A program made the translations under genes and the position numbers. Under the pieces are notes generated by a model, which did no database searches, was not told where the DNA came from, and saw only the letters and a program-made list of their open reading frames with translations. Shown one piece after another: positions 47,771 to 56,762 of a stretch of 64,000 nucleotides of DNA (positions are counted from its first letter, which is position 1; each line of letters opens with the position of its first letter). The DNA lies in assembly GCA_035536395.1 (NCBI GenBank), contig DATLOE010000006.1, positions 6,899-70,898 on the forward strand. Reading direction: 5' to 3'. Source of the stretch: Candidatus Dormiibacterota bacterium. Its GTDB lineage: Bacteria; Patescibacteriota; Saccharimonadia; UBA4664; DATLOE01.

Positions 47771-47989
47771 CTACATGCGGTCTTCTTGGCCAGGTTCGGT
47801 TTCCTCTCCCTCAGTACCAGAGTGATCTAATTGCTCCCCAAAAGTTGGGTGGTTTTTTGTTTCTTCTCCAGAAAACTCTTCTTGAAGAGCGTCATTTAGC
47901 TCCGGATCCGCGTTTTGCTGGGCATCTCTTTTAATTTGTTCGCCAAACTCCATTCCCTCTGCGTCTTCACATTTCTGGTCTTGTGCCAT
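47771..47989 (-). CDS. Small highly acidic, probably disordered protein
   Basis: Perfect AAGGAGA RBS. 72 aa with about 35% Asp/Glu. Confidence 0.45.
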   Translation of the reverse strand: MAQDQKCEDAEGMEFGEQIKRDAQQNADPELNDALQEEFSGEETKNHPTFGEQLDHSGTEGEETEPGQEDRM

Positions 47990-48105
47990 ACTGTCTCCTT
48001 TTAATTACTTGGGTATTATTTTAACGGTATTACAGATAAGGGAGGTAGTTGCAGGCTCACAAAATAGCTCGCTCTCACAAGCGGATTTTTGGCAAAACTG
48101 GCACA

Positions 48106-48146
48106 AAAACACACCAGTTTGAACTGATGCGTTTTTGGTGGAGCTG
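48106..48146 (-). repeat. Distal copy of the tmRNA 3'-end direct repeat (att-like)
   Basis: aaaaacacaccagtttgaactgatgcgtttttggtggagctg versus 48594-48634. A 25-nt perfect core aactgatgcgtttttggtggagctg is shared. Confidence 0.8.
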
Positions 48147-48247
48147 AGTTAACCCGGCCTGAGATATCATAACTATTACGCCCCGCCGGTTATCCGACGA
48201 GGCGTTTGCTGGTTTGTCATATATGAGGGTCCTAGCACATCTTCACT

Positions 48248-48499
48248 TCATTTGTTCAGCAGCCATATGCCTATTCCAGCTGGCACTAAAGCAGCCGCCC
48301 ATTGGCCCATGACAACCAAAGCAACTGCTATGGCGAGGTTGCCAAGTACAATAACTCCGAAGAAGGCAACTAGTAAAAATTCAAGAGGGCCAAGCCCGGA
48401 GCCTGGTGTCGCCCGTGGGCCTTCCTGGGTGGAAAAATATGATCCATCTCCTCTTGAGGAGTCACAACCACAACTCGATTCGCAGCCATAACCATGCAT
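48248..48499 (-). CDS. Small Cys-rich membrane protein (two predicted TM helices), the only gene inside the repeat-bounded insert at tmRNA
   Basis: AGGAGTGG RBS precedes the ATG at 48499. MHGYGCESSCGCDSSRGDGSYFSTQEGPRATPGSGLGPLEFLLVAFFGVIVLGNLAIAVALVVMGQWAAALVPAGIGIWLLNK. Confidence 0.5.
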   Translation of the reverse strand: MHGYGCESSCGCDSSRGDGSYFSTQEGPRATPGSGLGPLEFLLVAFFGVIVLGNLAIAVALVVMGQWAAALVPAGIGIWLLNK

Positions 48500-48623
48500 T
48501 TCCACTCCTAATGCTCTGTTGTTAAGGTGGCAAGATGTTACCACCAACCTGATAATTGGTCAACATTCATACACTGGGGGTATTAGTGGCAACAAAAAAG
48601 CACCAGATAAACTGATGCGTTTT

Positions 48624-49011
48624 TGGTGGAGCTGCGGGGAATTGCACCCCGGTCCGAAAGCTAACAAAATGTTCTTCTACAGGCTTAGACCGCTTAGCTG
48701 GGGTAAGCCCCGCTTAGGTAACGATCTGTAAGCGGACCAAATAACCGTTACTGCAGCCTAATGTCTTAAAAGCAGCCGTTAGGCGCCAGCTGCTTAGCAG
48801 CCAGAAAATATAACACCGGCGAGCCCCCATCTGGCGTCAGGTGCCGATGGCTTACGGGTTTAAGCGTAAGCTGGTGCGAGCTGAAGACCGCTAAAAGCAG
48901 TCTTAACCCGCGAAACAATCGAGTTGACGGTTGTTTATGGGTGGATTTAACGCATTCCTGCGGCCTGCAAAACAAATTGAAAATGTACTTTCGTCGAAGC
49001 TTATCAGCCCC
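48624..49011 (-). ncRNA. ssrA: tmRNA (SsrA)
   Basis: The 5' end GGGGCTGATAAGCTTCGACG and the 3' end GGACCGGGGTGCAATTCCCCGCAGCTCCACCA closely match the E. coli tmRNA ends (GGGGCUGAUUCUGGAUUCGACGG ... GGGUUCAACUCCCGCCAGCUCCACCA). The tag reading frame was not confidently resolved. Confidence 0.8.
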
Positions 49012-49079
49012 ATAGCGAACTATATTAACAGGTTTGGGCGGTAATTTCAAGGAGTGGGGGTGCAGTATGGCTCTTATGT

Positions 49080-50018
49080 TTGCAAGGTGCTATATTAAAG
49101 CAAATGAGGAAGAACATAACCGCCAGACGGGTTGTAATAACTTCTTTTCTAGTCGATCTGAGCGACGTAATCTTAAATGTGACAGCGGCTATCTTATCCG
49201 GCAGTGTGGTGGTACTAACCGAGGCCATGCAGGGCGCTGCGGATTTGCTGACGGCTGGCCTTTTGTGGATGGGGGTCAGTCGCTCAAAGAGGCGGGCAGA
49301 TAGGAGGCATCGCTTCGGCTATGGCAAAGAATTATTCTTCTGGATACTTATGGCCGGTATTTCGATGTTTTTCTTAACTGCCGGGGTCTCTTTTTACCTG
49401 GGCCTGCAGCGCTTTTTGCACCCGCGGCCGATTCATAACCTGGAGTTTGCGTACTTAGTACTGGCAATCGGGGTGGTGACTAATGCTTATGCCCTACGCC
49501 TCAGCTTGCATCGCCTGCATATTAATCGCCATACCCGAGTGGAGGATTTATGGAGCAGGGTTGGCGGCTCCAGCTTTGTAGAGACAAAAGCTACCACCAT
49601 TCTGGATCTAATGGGCACCACAGCTGCTGCTCTAGGCCTAGTAGCATTGGTGGTATACGGCGTCACCGGCGATCTAAGGTTTGATGGTATCGGCGCCATG
49701 GTAGTCGGATTGGTATCTGGTATATTCGCGATTCTTCTAATACTTGAGGTTAAGGAATTCATTATCGGTCGCAGCGCTCCTCAAGAGCTAGAAGAACGCA
49801 TCCGTAAGGTAGCCGAATCGGTAGAGGGTATAAAGAAGGTTCTAGACCTTAGAACCATGCAAATGGGCTCAGACAGGGTGCTGGTGAATATGGAGGTACA
49901 TATAAACAGAAACCTAAATGCCAAACAAATTGAGAAGCTAATGGATGATCTCAAGAAAAGGGTTAAAACCAGTGTGCCAGAAGTACAGCATATTCAAGTA
50001 GAGATAGAAACGCCTTAA
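49080..50018 (+). CDS. Cation diffusion facilitator (CDF) family transporter
   Basis: Six TM helices plus a C-terminal cytoplasmic domain. The TM2/TM5 motifs are typical of CDF. Confidence 0.7.
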   Translation: MQGAILKQMRKNITARRVVITSFLVDLSDVILNVTAAILSGSVVVLTEAMQGAADLLTAGLLWMGVSRSKRRADRRHRFGYGKELFFWILMAGISMFFLTAGVSFYLGLQRFLHPRPIHNLEFAYLVLAIGVVTNAYALRLSLHRLHINRHTRVEDLWSRVGGSSFVETKATTILDLMGTTAAALGLVALVVYGVTGDLRFDGIGAMVVGLVSGIFAILLILEVKEFIIGRSAPQELEERIRKVAESVEGIKKVLDLRTMQMGSDRVLVNMEVHINRNLNAKQIEKLMDDLKKRVKTSVPEVQHIQVEIETP

Positions 50019-50048
50019 TACATGTGCTTTTGGTACAATACTTAAGCT

Positions 50049-51353
50049 ATGTATGACGAACTAGAGATTTATTCGGACGAAATAACCCCCAAGCCAAGGA
50101 GGAGCCAGCGGTTGAAGAAATTCTTAATCGGTTTTGTGGCCCTGGCTTTGGTTGGTGCGGCAGTCTTTGTGCTACTGAACTTATTTAAGACATCTGTTAA
50201 CCCTTTTAGTTTCGGTTTACTACGAGGCGAGCTAGATGGCCGGGTAAATATAATGCTACTGGGGGTGGGTGACCCGGGCCACGCTGGTGAAACCCTGACT
50301 GACACCAATATACTCATGAGCGTTAACACCAGGACCAAGCAGGTTTCTACCGTCAGCATACCTCGTGATCTGAGAGTGGCCTTGCCAAAGGGTGGCTATG
50401 GCAAGATTAACCAAGCGCATTCCAAGGGGGGTATACCAGGCGCCGAGGAGGTATTTGAGGAAACATTGGGCGTACCAGTTCACTATTACGTCAGGGCCAA
50501 CTTTACGGGGCTCAGGCAGGCAGTTGATGCGGTGGGAGGCATTGATATTGAGGTTAAGGAGTCCCTATACGACCCGGAATATCCCTGTGATAAAAATCAG
50601 TATCGCAGCTGTGGCTTCAGGCTGGCAAAGGGCCAGCAGCATATGAATGGCACGACGGCGCTTAAGTATGTCCGTTGCCGTAAGGGCAATTGTGGCGATG
50701 ACTTTGGTAGGGCACAACGCCAGCAGGAGGTGATGCAGGCTATTCGCGCGAAGGCGACCGGGCTGGATACCATTACTAACCCTTACCGGCTGGGCAAGCT
50801 GATTGCGGCTACAGGTAGTAATATCAAAACCAACTTAAGTGTAAACAACATCCTGCGCCTAAATGACCTAACCAAAGATACGGCGCAAGATCAAATGATA
50901 GGTGTGGTGCTTAGCCTGCAGCCAGACGGGTTCTTGGTGTCTTCAAAGACGAGCAGCGATCTGGTGCCCAGGGGTAATGATTTCGATGACATCCATTCCT
51001 TTGTGCAGAAGATTTTTAGCCTCGGCCCCGTCTGGACAGAGCATCCCACTCTTCAAATCGAAAACGGTACTACTACCATGGGAACTGCCGGGCAGGTTAA
51101 ATCTAAGATCGAGCGGGATGGCTACACCATTAATGTCACCGGTCTCGCCAATGCTTTAAAGCGTGATTATACCGCCACCCAGATTATCGATTACACTGGT
51201 GGCAAGAAGAAGCATACGATTGCTTACCTGGAAAAGCTGCTGGGGGTTAAGGCGGTGCCTCCGCCCACACCAGTTAAGGTGCCCCTGGCCGACTTTCGAG
51301 TGATCGTGGGAACTGATTTTGTACAAGCTAACACCAAGCCCTCCGCGCAGTAA
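50049..51353 (+). CDS. LCP (LytR-CpsA-Psr) family cell-wall glycopolymer transferase
   Basis: N-terminal TM, then NIMLLGVGDPGHAGETLTDTNILMSVN...SIPRDL...GYGKINQAHSKGG, the LCP core. Confidence 0.8.
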   Translation: MYDELEIYSDEITPKPRRSQRLKKFLIGFVALALVGAAVFVLLNLFKTSVNPFSFGLLRGELDGRVNIMLLGVGDPGHAGETLTDTNILMSVNTRTKQVSTVSIPRDLRVALPKGGYGKINQAHSKGGIPGAEEVFEETLGVPVHYYVRANFTGLRQAVDAVGGIDIEVKESLYDPEYPCDKNQYRSCGFRLAKGQQHMNGTTALKYVRCRKGNCGDDFGRAQRQQEVMQAIRAKATGLDTITNPYRLGKLIAATGSNIKTNLSVNNILRLNDLTKDTAQDQMIGVVLSLQPDGFLVSSKTSSDLVPRGNDFDDIHSFVQKIFSLGPVWTEHPTLQIENGTTTMGTAGQVKSKIERDGYTINVTGLANALKRDYTATQIIDYTGGKKKHTIAYLEKLLGVKAVPPPTPVKVPLADFRVIVGTDFVQANTKPSAQ

Positions 51354-51387
51354 TGGCAATTCTTATCTGACCTGCTAAAATAGCGGT

Positions 51388-51753
51388 ATGTTAGCATTAG
51401 CATTTTTAGAGTGGTGGTATGGCCGTGGCTGGAAGCTTTTTGCAGGTAAACAGCTAGGCAGTATTAAGCATCTTATGTTGGCTTTCTCCGTGCCGTTACT
51501 AGCTAGGACTCTGTTTGCACCTTGGAAGCAGATTATTTCTTACAGCGACGACTCACTGGCAATGAATATGAGGGTACTTTTAGATAACACGGTTTCGCGG
51601 GTGGTTGGCTTCGGTGTGCGAATAATTGTTTTGTTCGCAGCCTTTTTACTGTCTGCAATTTGGCTTGCAGTTAGCTTGGCTGGTTTAATTCTGTGGCCAT
51701 TATTACCAATAGCATCAATAGTGCTAATAATAGGGGGCTTAGTATGGATGTAA
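51388..51753 (+). CDS. Small membrane protein
   Basis: 121 aa with 3 TM helices. It overlaps the start of the following Clp-like gene. Confidence 0.4.
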   Translation: MLALAFLEWWYGRGWKLFAGKQLGSIKHLMLAFSVPLLARTLFAPWKQIISYSDDSLAMNMRVLLDNTVSRVVGFGVRIIVLFAAFLLSAIWLAVSLAGLILWPLLPIASIVLIIGGLVWM

Positions 51754-54146
51754 CCCGGGTAAAAATCACAACACCCCGTTTAAAGAAGGCTAAATTGGCC
51801 GAATATTTTAGCCGAAGGGTGTTGCTTGCGGCTAAAATCATTACTTTAGTTTTGGCGGTAGGCGCACTTTATCTTCTAGCAAGCGGATCTGGATTTGGCT
51901 GGACACTCATGGGCTTAGCTCTAGCTGGGTTGATATTGCAAGCTTGGGCGAATTGGGACCTTTCCAATCTGCCGCCATCCAAACCGCTAAGCGAGGCCAG
52001 TAAGCTAGATGACGTATTGACCGCACCTTTGCTGGCCCATTATCCCAGCATCAGCAAGACAGCCGAACTCTGGGCGGTGATTAAAAAACAGCCCGAAGCC
52101 GTGTTTTTAATGAACCGCCTAACGATGCATCCGGAAGAAGTAGAGCAGATTATTCAATCTAGCCCAGTTGGCATTACCCAGGTTTGGGAGGCTGCAAAGG
52201 GGCTGGCGCTGCACGAAGGCAGTCGGGTAATTGACGCAGCCCATGTATTTGCAGCCCTGCTTGCAGTAAGTCCTGGCTCAAAACTCTACTTTGATCAAAT
52301 CAAGCTAGATATTGATGACCTTGAAGCCGGCCTCAACTGGCTTCGTCAGATAAAAACTATGTCCGATGAAGCCAAAAAGAAGGGATACTTTGGTGGAATT
52401 GGCAGAGATTGGTCGGCCGGATACACTCCCGTGCTCAAGCGGTTTGGTGTGAATATCAGTCGCAGTATAGAAGCCGGTGCTAGCTACAGAGTGACGAGTA
52501 GCCGGCAGGAAACAATTGATAGGATGCTAACATATCTGCAAAGCTCTTCTCGGTCCAGCGTGGCTTTGATCGGTCCCCCTGGTTCTGGTAAAACCACATT
52601 AGTTTACGGTTTTGCAGAGAGAATCCTTAAAGGCCGTCAGGTTGGCAACCTGGCATACTACCAGGTGGTGGTGCTCAACCCCTCACTTATTATCTCAAGC
52701 CAAACTTCAATTGAAGAGACGGTTTTAACCTTGCTAGGAGAAGCGGGCCACGCCAAAAACATAATTCTTTTCCTAGATGATGCTCAACTGTTTCTTAACC
52801 AAGGGGTGGGGTCGGTTGATCTCTCGCAAGTTTTGCTGCCTATTTTACAACAGAGCAATATTAAGCTGGTTATGGCGCTGACAGACACGGACTGGCAGAA
52901 GCTAAAGGCGGCTAAACCGGCCCTGGCTACCATTCTTAACCATGTGGCGGTTCCCAATATGAGCGAGCCGGATGTGGTTGATACCCTGCAGGAGTCGGCT
53001 GTTTATATTGAGCATAAAAGCCGGGCTTTAATTACTATGCAGGCTATTAAAGAAGCTCTACGTTTGTCCGATCGATACCTGCAAGAGGAGGCCTTCCCAG
53101 GCAAAGCCGTACGCTTACTGAGCGACGCTTCTAATTATCCTGACGGCAGTTTAATCACCGCCAAATCTGTTCAGAGCGCTATTGAATCGATGACTGGCGT
53201 AAAGGCCGTATCGGCGGATGAGACCGAGAAGAAAGAACTGGTAAACCTAGAAGAGCGGATACATAAACAAATGGTCAATCAATCACGGGCGGTAAGTGTG
53301 GTGGCTAATGCCCTCCGACGGGTGCGATCTGGGGTTGGTAACCCAAAGCGCCCTTCGGGTAGCTTTTTATTCCTCGGGCCTACAGGAGTGGGTAAGACCG
53401 AGCTTGCCAAGGCTCTCGCCAATGTTTACTTCGGCGGCGCCGAAAAAATGATACGAGTCGATATGAGTGAATACCAGCAGCCAAGCGATGCCACTAGGCT
53501 GCTGGCGGCCTCTCCAGACAAATCAAGCGGTTCAACTCTAATTAGTAGTGTTCGATCCCAGCCTTTTAGTGTGGTGCTGTTAGATGAGGTAGAGAAGGCT
53601 CACCCAGATATTCTTAATCTTCTTTTACAGCTACTCGATGAAGGCCACTTAACAGATTCAGATGGTCGCAAAGTTTCTTTCAAGGAATGTATTATAATCG
53701 CTACCTCTAACGCCTCGGCCGATGAAATAAGGAGGCGAGTAGAAGCCGGCGAAGACCTGGCAGACTTCGAAAAGACGATTATTAGCCAGCTGACCAGTAG
53801 TCATCAGTTTCGCCAAGAGCTTCTGAATCGCTTTGACGAGATCGTCTTATTCCGGCCACTTTCAAAAAATGAGCTAGCTCAGGTAGTAGAGCTTATGTTA
53901 GCTGAGGTAAACAACAATCTTAAACCACAGAAACTATCTGTTGAGCTTACTCCGGGTGCCATCCAATGGATGATTGAGGCCGGGTACGACCCCAGGCTGG
54001 GAGCCCGTCCAATGAGGAGGGTAGTGCAAAAAGCAGTAGAGAACGTGGTGGCTAAGAAGATCCTAGAGAATAAGATAACTTCAGGTGAAACCGTTCGGCT
54101 AGATGTATCTGATATCCGGGAAACAGATAATACTACTTCTCAATAA
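51744..54146 (+). CDS. Two-domain AAA+ Clp/Hsp100-family ATPase (ClpC/ClpB-like) with an N-terminal double-TM anchor
   Basis: AGGGGG RBS with the ATG at 51744. Two TM helices in the first ~90 aa. Clp_N-like repeat, Walker A ALIGPPGSGKTT (D1) and FLFLGPTGVGKTELAKALA (D2). Confidence 0.7.
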   Translation: MDVTRVKITTPRLKKAKLAEYFSRRVLLAAKIITLVLAVGALYLLASGSGFGWTLMGLALAGLILQAWANWDLSNLPPSKPLSEASKLDDVLTAPLLAHYPSISKTAELWAVIKKQPEAVFLMNRLTMHPEEVEQIIQSSPVGITQVWEAAKGLALHEGSRVIDAAHVFAALLAVSPGSKLYFDQIKLDIDDLEAGLNWLRQIKTMSDEAKKKGYFGGIGRDWSAGYTPVLKRFGVNISRSIEAGASYRVTSSRQETIDRMLTYLQSSSRSSVALIGPPGSGKTTLVYGFAERILKGRQVGNLAYYQVVVLNPSLIISSQTSIEETVLTLLGEAGHAKNIILFLDDAQLFLNQGVGSVDLSQVLLPILQQSNIKLVMALTDTDWQKLKAAKPALATILNHVAVPNMSEPDVVDTLQESAVYIEHKSRALITMQAIKEALRLSDRYLQEEAFPGKAVRLLSDASNYPDGSLITAKSVQSAIESMTGVKAVSADETEKKELVNLEERIHKQMVNQSRAVSVVANALRRVRSGVGNPKRPSGSFLFLGPTGVGKTELAKALANVYFGGAEKMIRVDMSEYQQPSDATRLLAASPDKSSGSTLISSVRSQPFSVVLLDEVEKAHPDILNLLLQLLDEGHLTDSDGRKVSFKECIIIATSNASADEIRRRVEAGEDLADFEKTIISQLTSSHQFRQELLNRFDEIVLFRPLSKNELAQVVELMLAEVNNNLKPQKLSVELTPGAIQWMIEAGYDPRLGARPMRRVVQKAVENVVAKKILENKITSGETVRLDVSDIRETDNTTSQ

Positions 54147-54676
54147 CAGAAAAAGTATTGTGCGACATAAAGCCCTTATGCTTACAAAGGCAGAACGGTA
54201 TGCTGTCTAGCGCTTAAATCGTCTGAGTAGCACCGACTGTACGTTATAGGAGGATGTTTGGCTTGTGGTTAAGGCCCAATTATTGGCTGCGTATTGCGTA
54301 AGTAGCCAGCCGCGCATAATAAACAGTTTTTTGCGGCCTGTAATGTAGTTCGGAACGCGCAAAAAAGTAAAAAAATAATGCCTCAAAATTAATAAAACTT
54401 CAAAAATAATTTTTATTTTTAAACTTAGTGCAAAAAGATGGGTGATGGGCTAATGCTTAATCTAGCTTTTAAGCAATAGATGCTAATACCAAAATAACGG
54501 CTTTGCTAAGCCGTTATTTTGGTGGTGTTGGTTTTGTTTTTGTTTTGAGTACTTAATTTGTTCAAGTACCTATTTCAAGATTACTCACTAAAAAAAAGCC
54601 TGTCAATACATTTTTTTGAGTTTTTATAAAAAACTTTTTAAGAAAATTAAAAAAAGACTAAAAAATTAAATACTAA
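54147..54676. other. 530-bp AT-rich non-coding island between convergent genes
   Basis: Long A/T runs and low complexity. Hairpins aacggctttgctaagccgtt (+T-run) and gtacttaatttgttcaagtac. No ORF longer than about 15 codons. Confidence 0.6.
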
Positions 54677-55117
54677 TTAGCGCGGCAGTTCTTTGGCCGT
54701 GTCGCGAATTTGATCGCGTTTTTTTATTAGCTGCCGTTTGTCATATTTTTTACGCCCGCGGCCAATTCCGATTTCTAATTTAATTAAGTTACGATCCTCA
54801 GCCAGCGAAAGGGGGACAATAGCGGCTCCAGCTTGCTTGTAGCCTGTCAGCTGTTCCAGCTCTCTCTTGTGCAATAGCAGCTTACGCGGCCGGTCAGGGT
54901 CTAGCCTGGAGCTATTCCCGGCCCGGTTATAGGGAGTAAAATGGGCGTTTGATAGATAAGCCTCTCCATCTTTCAGGGATACAAAGCTGCCCTTTAAGCT
55001 GACCTGTCCAAGTTTGCCGCTCTTTACCTCGGCCCCAGATAGCACAAGCCCCGCGGTCATCTTATGTTCGATCGCATAGTCGTAGCCGGCCCGCCTGTTT
55101 TTAGCCAGAATTTTCAT
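54677..55117 (-). CDS. smpB: SsrA-binding protein SmpB
   Basis: MKILAKNRRAGYDYAIEHKMTAGLVLSGAEVKS... Confidence 0.85.
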   Translation of the reverse strand: MKILAKNRRAGYDYAIEHKMTAGLVLSGAEVKSGKLGQVSLKGSFVSLKDGEAYLSNAHFTPYNRAGNSSRLDPDRPRKLLLHKRELEQLTGYKQAGAAIVPLSLAEDRNLIKLEIGIGRGRKKYDKRQLIKKRDQIRDTAKELPR

Positions 55118-55163
55118 AGGGCTATTATAGCTTTATAACGCCAGATTGTAACCTGATGATATA

Positions 55164-56762
55164 ATGAACTTTGTTATGGTCTTAAGGGAAATTTCAGAAA
55201 TTGTTGCTAAGGCGGTTTGGACGGAGTTTAAGGTTAAAACCGCCCCCCAAATCAGCTATGCCGAGCCAAAGTTCGGTGATTTTGCTACTAATATCAGCTT
55301 TGAGCTTGCAAAAACATTGAAACAGAACCCGAAGCAAATTGCAGAGGGTATTGCGAGCAATATCAAACATCCTCAGATAGAGAAGGCTTCTAGTGTGGGC
55401 GGATTCGTGAATATCGTAGTGGCAGAGAGCTACTGGGTAGATTGCTTGAAGAAGATCAAACCTGGCTATGGACAAAGCAAGCCTCGAAAAGGTCAGAAAG
55501 TTCAGGTGGAATTCATATCAGCCAACCCCACAGGGCCGCTGACGCTGGGTAATGCCCGGGGTGGATATCTAGGGGATGTGTTATCTCGGGTGCTCGATCA
55601 TGCTGGCTACAAAACTACCAGTGAATATTACTTTAATGATGCTGGCACTCAGATCAGTAAGCTGGTCGAGTCGGTGAAGCACCAAGCCGGTATCATTAAA
55701 GCCAGTCAGGTTGAATACCAGGGTAAGTATATCGAGGAGCTGGCCAGCGATCTGAAAAATGAATTAAAAAGCCGATCCGACGAAGATTTAGCCGGAATAT
55801 TAACCAAAGAGGTCTCCAGGCGCTATATCAAAGAAGCTATTACCAGGATGGGTATTGAATTTGATGAGTGGTTTAATGAAAAGTCGCTGATTTCTAGCGG
55901 AGAACTCGAAAAAGCGCTTGAGTTGCTGCGCAAAAAAGGCCTGACATACGAGAAAGATGGGGCTTTGTGGCTGAAATCAACTGATTATGGAGATGAACGT
56001 GATCGTGTGCTACAGAAAAGCAACGGAGATGTTACGTATTTAGGTACCGATATTGCCTACCACCTTAATATCTTCGAGCATCGCAGATTCGATCGCGCAA
56101 TTAAAATCTGGGGGGCCGATCACGCCGGACAGGTTCCCTCCTTAAATCTGACCATGAAGCGCTTGATCCCAGATTGCCGCCTCGATTTTGTGATAGTTCA
56201 ATGGGTGCGTCTAGTCCAAGGGGGTAAAGAGGTAAAAATGAGCAAGCGAGCTGGCAGCTTCGTTACGGTGGATGAACTTATAGATGAAATTGGCTCCGAT
56301 GTAGCCAGATTTTTCTTTCTGATGCGCTCAGCTACCAGCCATATGGATTTCGATCTTAGCTTAGCCAAGGAGCAATCCCAGAAAAACCCCTTATTTTATG
56401 TGATGTACTCTTACGTGCGAGCCCACTCCATATTAGCTCAAGCTGCCTCTAAGCAGTTGAAGCCTTCTAATTCCCTTGAGAGGCTTAACACCACGGAATC
56501 AGAATTGGTTAAGTATATGACTCGGCTGCCTGATTTAATTTCAGAGATAGCAGAGAGTTATGAGGTACATCATTTGAGTTTCTTCGCCACCCAGCTTGCC
56601 AAGAAGTTTCATGATTTATATGAATCAGAGAGAATTATTGACCTAAATCAAGAAACAGCAGAATGCAAGTTGTATTTAATACAACAATACATTACATTTA
56701 TGGAAATATTATTTAATATAATTGGTGTAACACCAATCAAGAAGATGGAGCCTAAAGTTTAG
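55164..56762 (+). CDS. argS: Arginyl-tRNA synthetase
   Basis: Class I HIGH-like FISANPTGPLTLGNARGG. KMSK-like MSKRAGSFV. DALR anticodon-binding C-terminus. Confidence 0.85.
   Translation: MNFVMVLREISEIVAKAVWTEFKVKTAPQISYAEPKFGDFATNISFELAKTLKQNPKQIAEGIASNIKHPQIEKASSVGGFVNIVVAESYWVDCLKKIKPGYGQSKPRKGQKVQVEFISANPTGPLTLGNARGGYLGDVLSRVLDHAGYKTTSEYYFNDAGTQISKLVESVKHQAGIIKASQVEYQGKYIEELASDLKNELKSRSDEDLAGILTKEVSRRYIKEAITRMGIEFDEWFNEKSLISSGELEKALELLRKKGLTYEKDGALWLKSTDYGDERDRVLQKSNGDVTYLGTDIAYHLNIFEHRRFDRAIKIWGADHAGQVPSLNLTMKRLIPDCRLDFVIVQWVRLVQGGKEVKMSKRAGSFVTVDELIDEIGSDVARFFFLMRSATSHMDFDLSLAKEQSQKNPLFYVMYSYVRAHSILAQAASKQLKPSNSLERLNTTESELVKYMTRLPDLISEIAESYEVHHLSFFATQLAKKFHDLYESERIIDLNQETAECKLYLIQQYITFMEILFNIIGVTPIKKMEPKV

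Noticed and set aside
48519-49050. ORFs 48519-48731 (+) and 48766-49050 (-) overlapping tmRNA
   Set aside because: They overlap the tmRNA gene. The minus-strand one (48766-49050) ends ...AAKQLAPNGCF*, which I considered as a possible tag reading frame. It lacks the usual A-L-A-A-type ending, so I do not report a tag peptide.
54147-54676. Coding potential or CRISPR array in the AT-rich island
   Set aside because: No ORF longer than about 15 codons. The A/T-rich repeats are irregular and not spaced like CRISPR repeats. No cas genes anywhere in the window.
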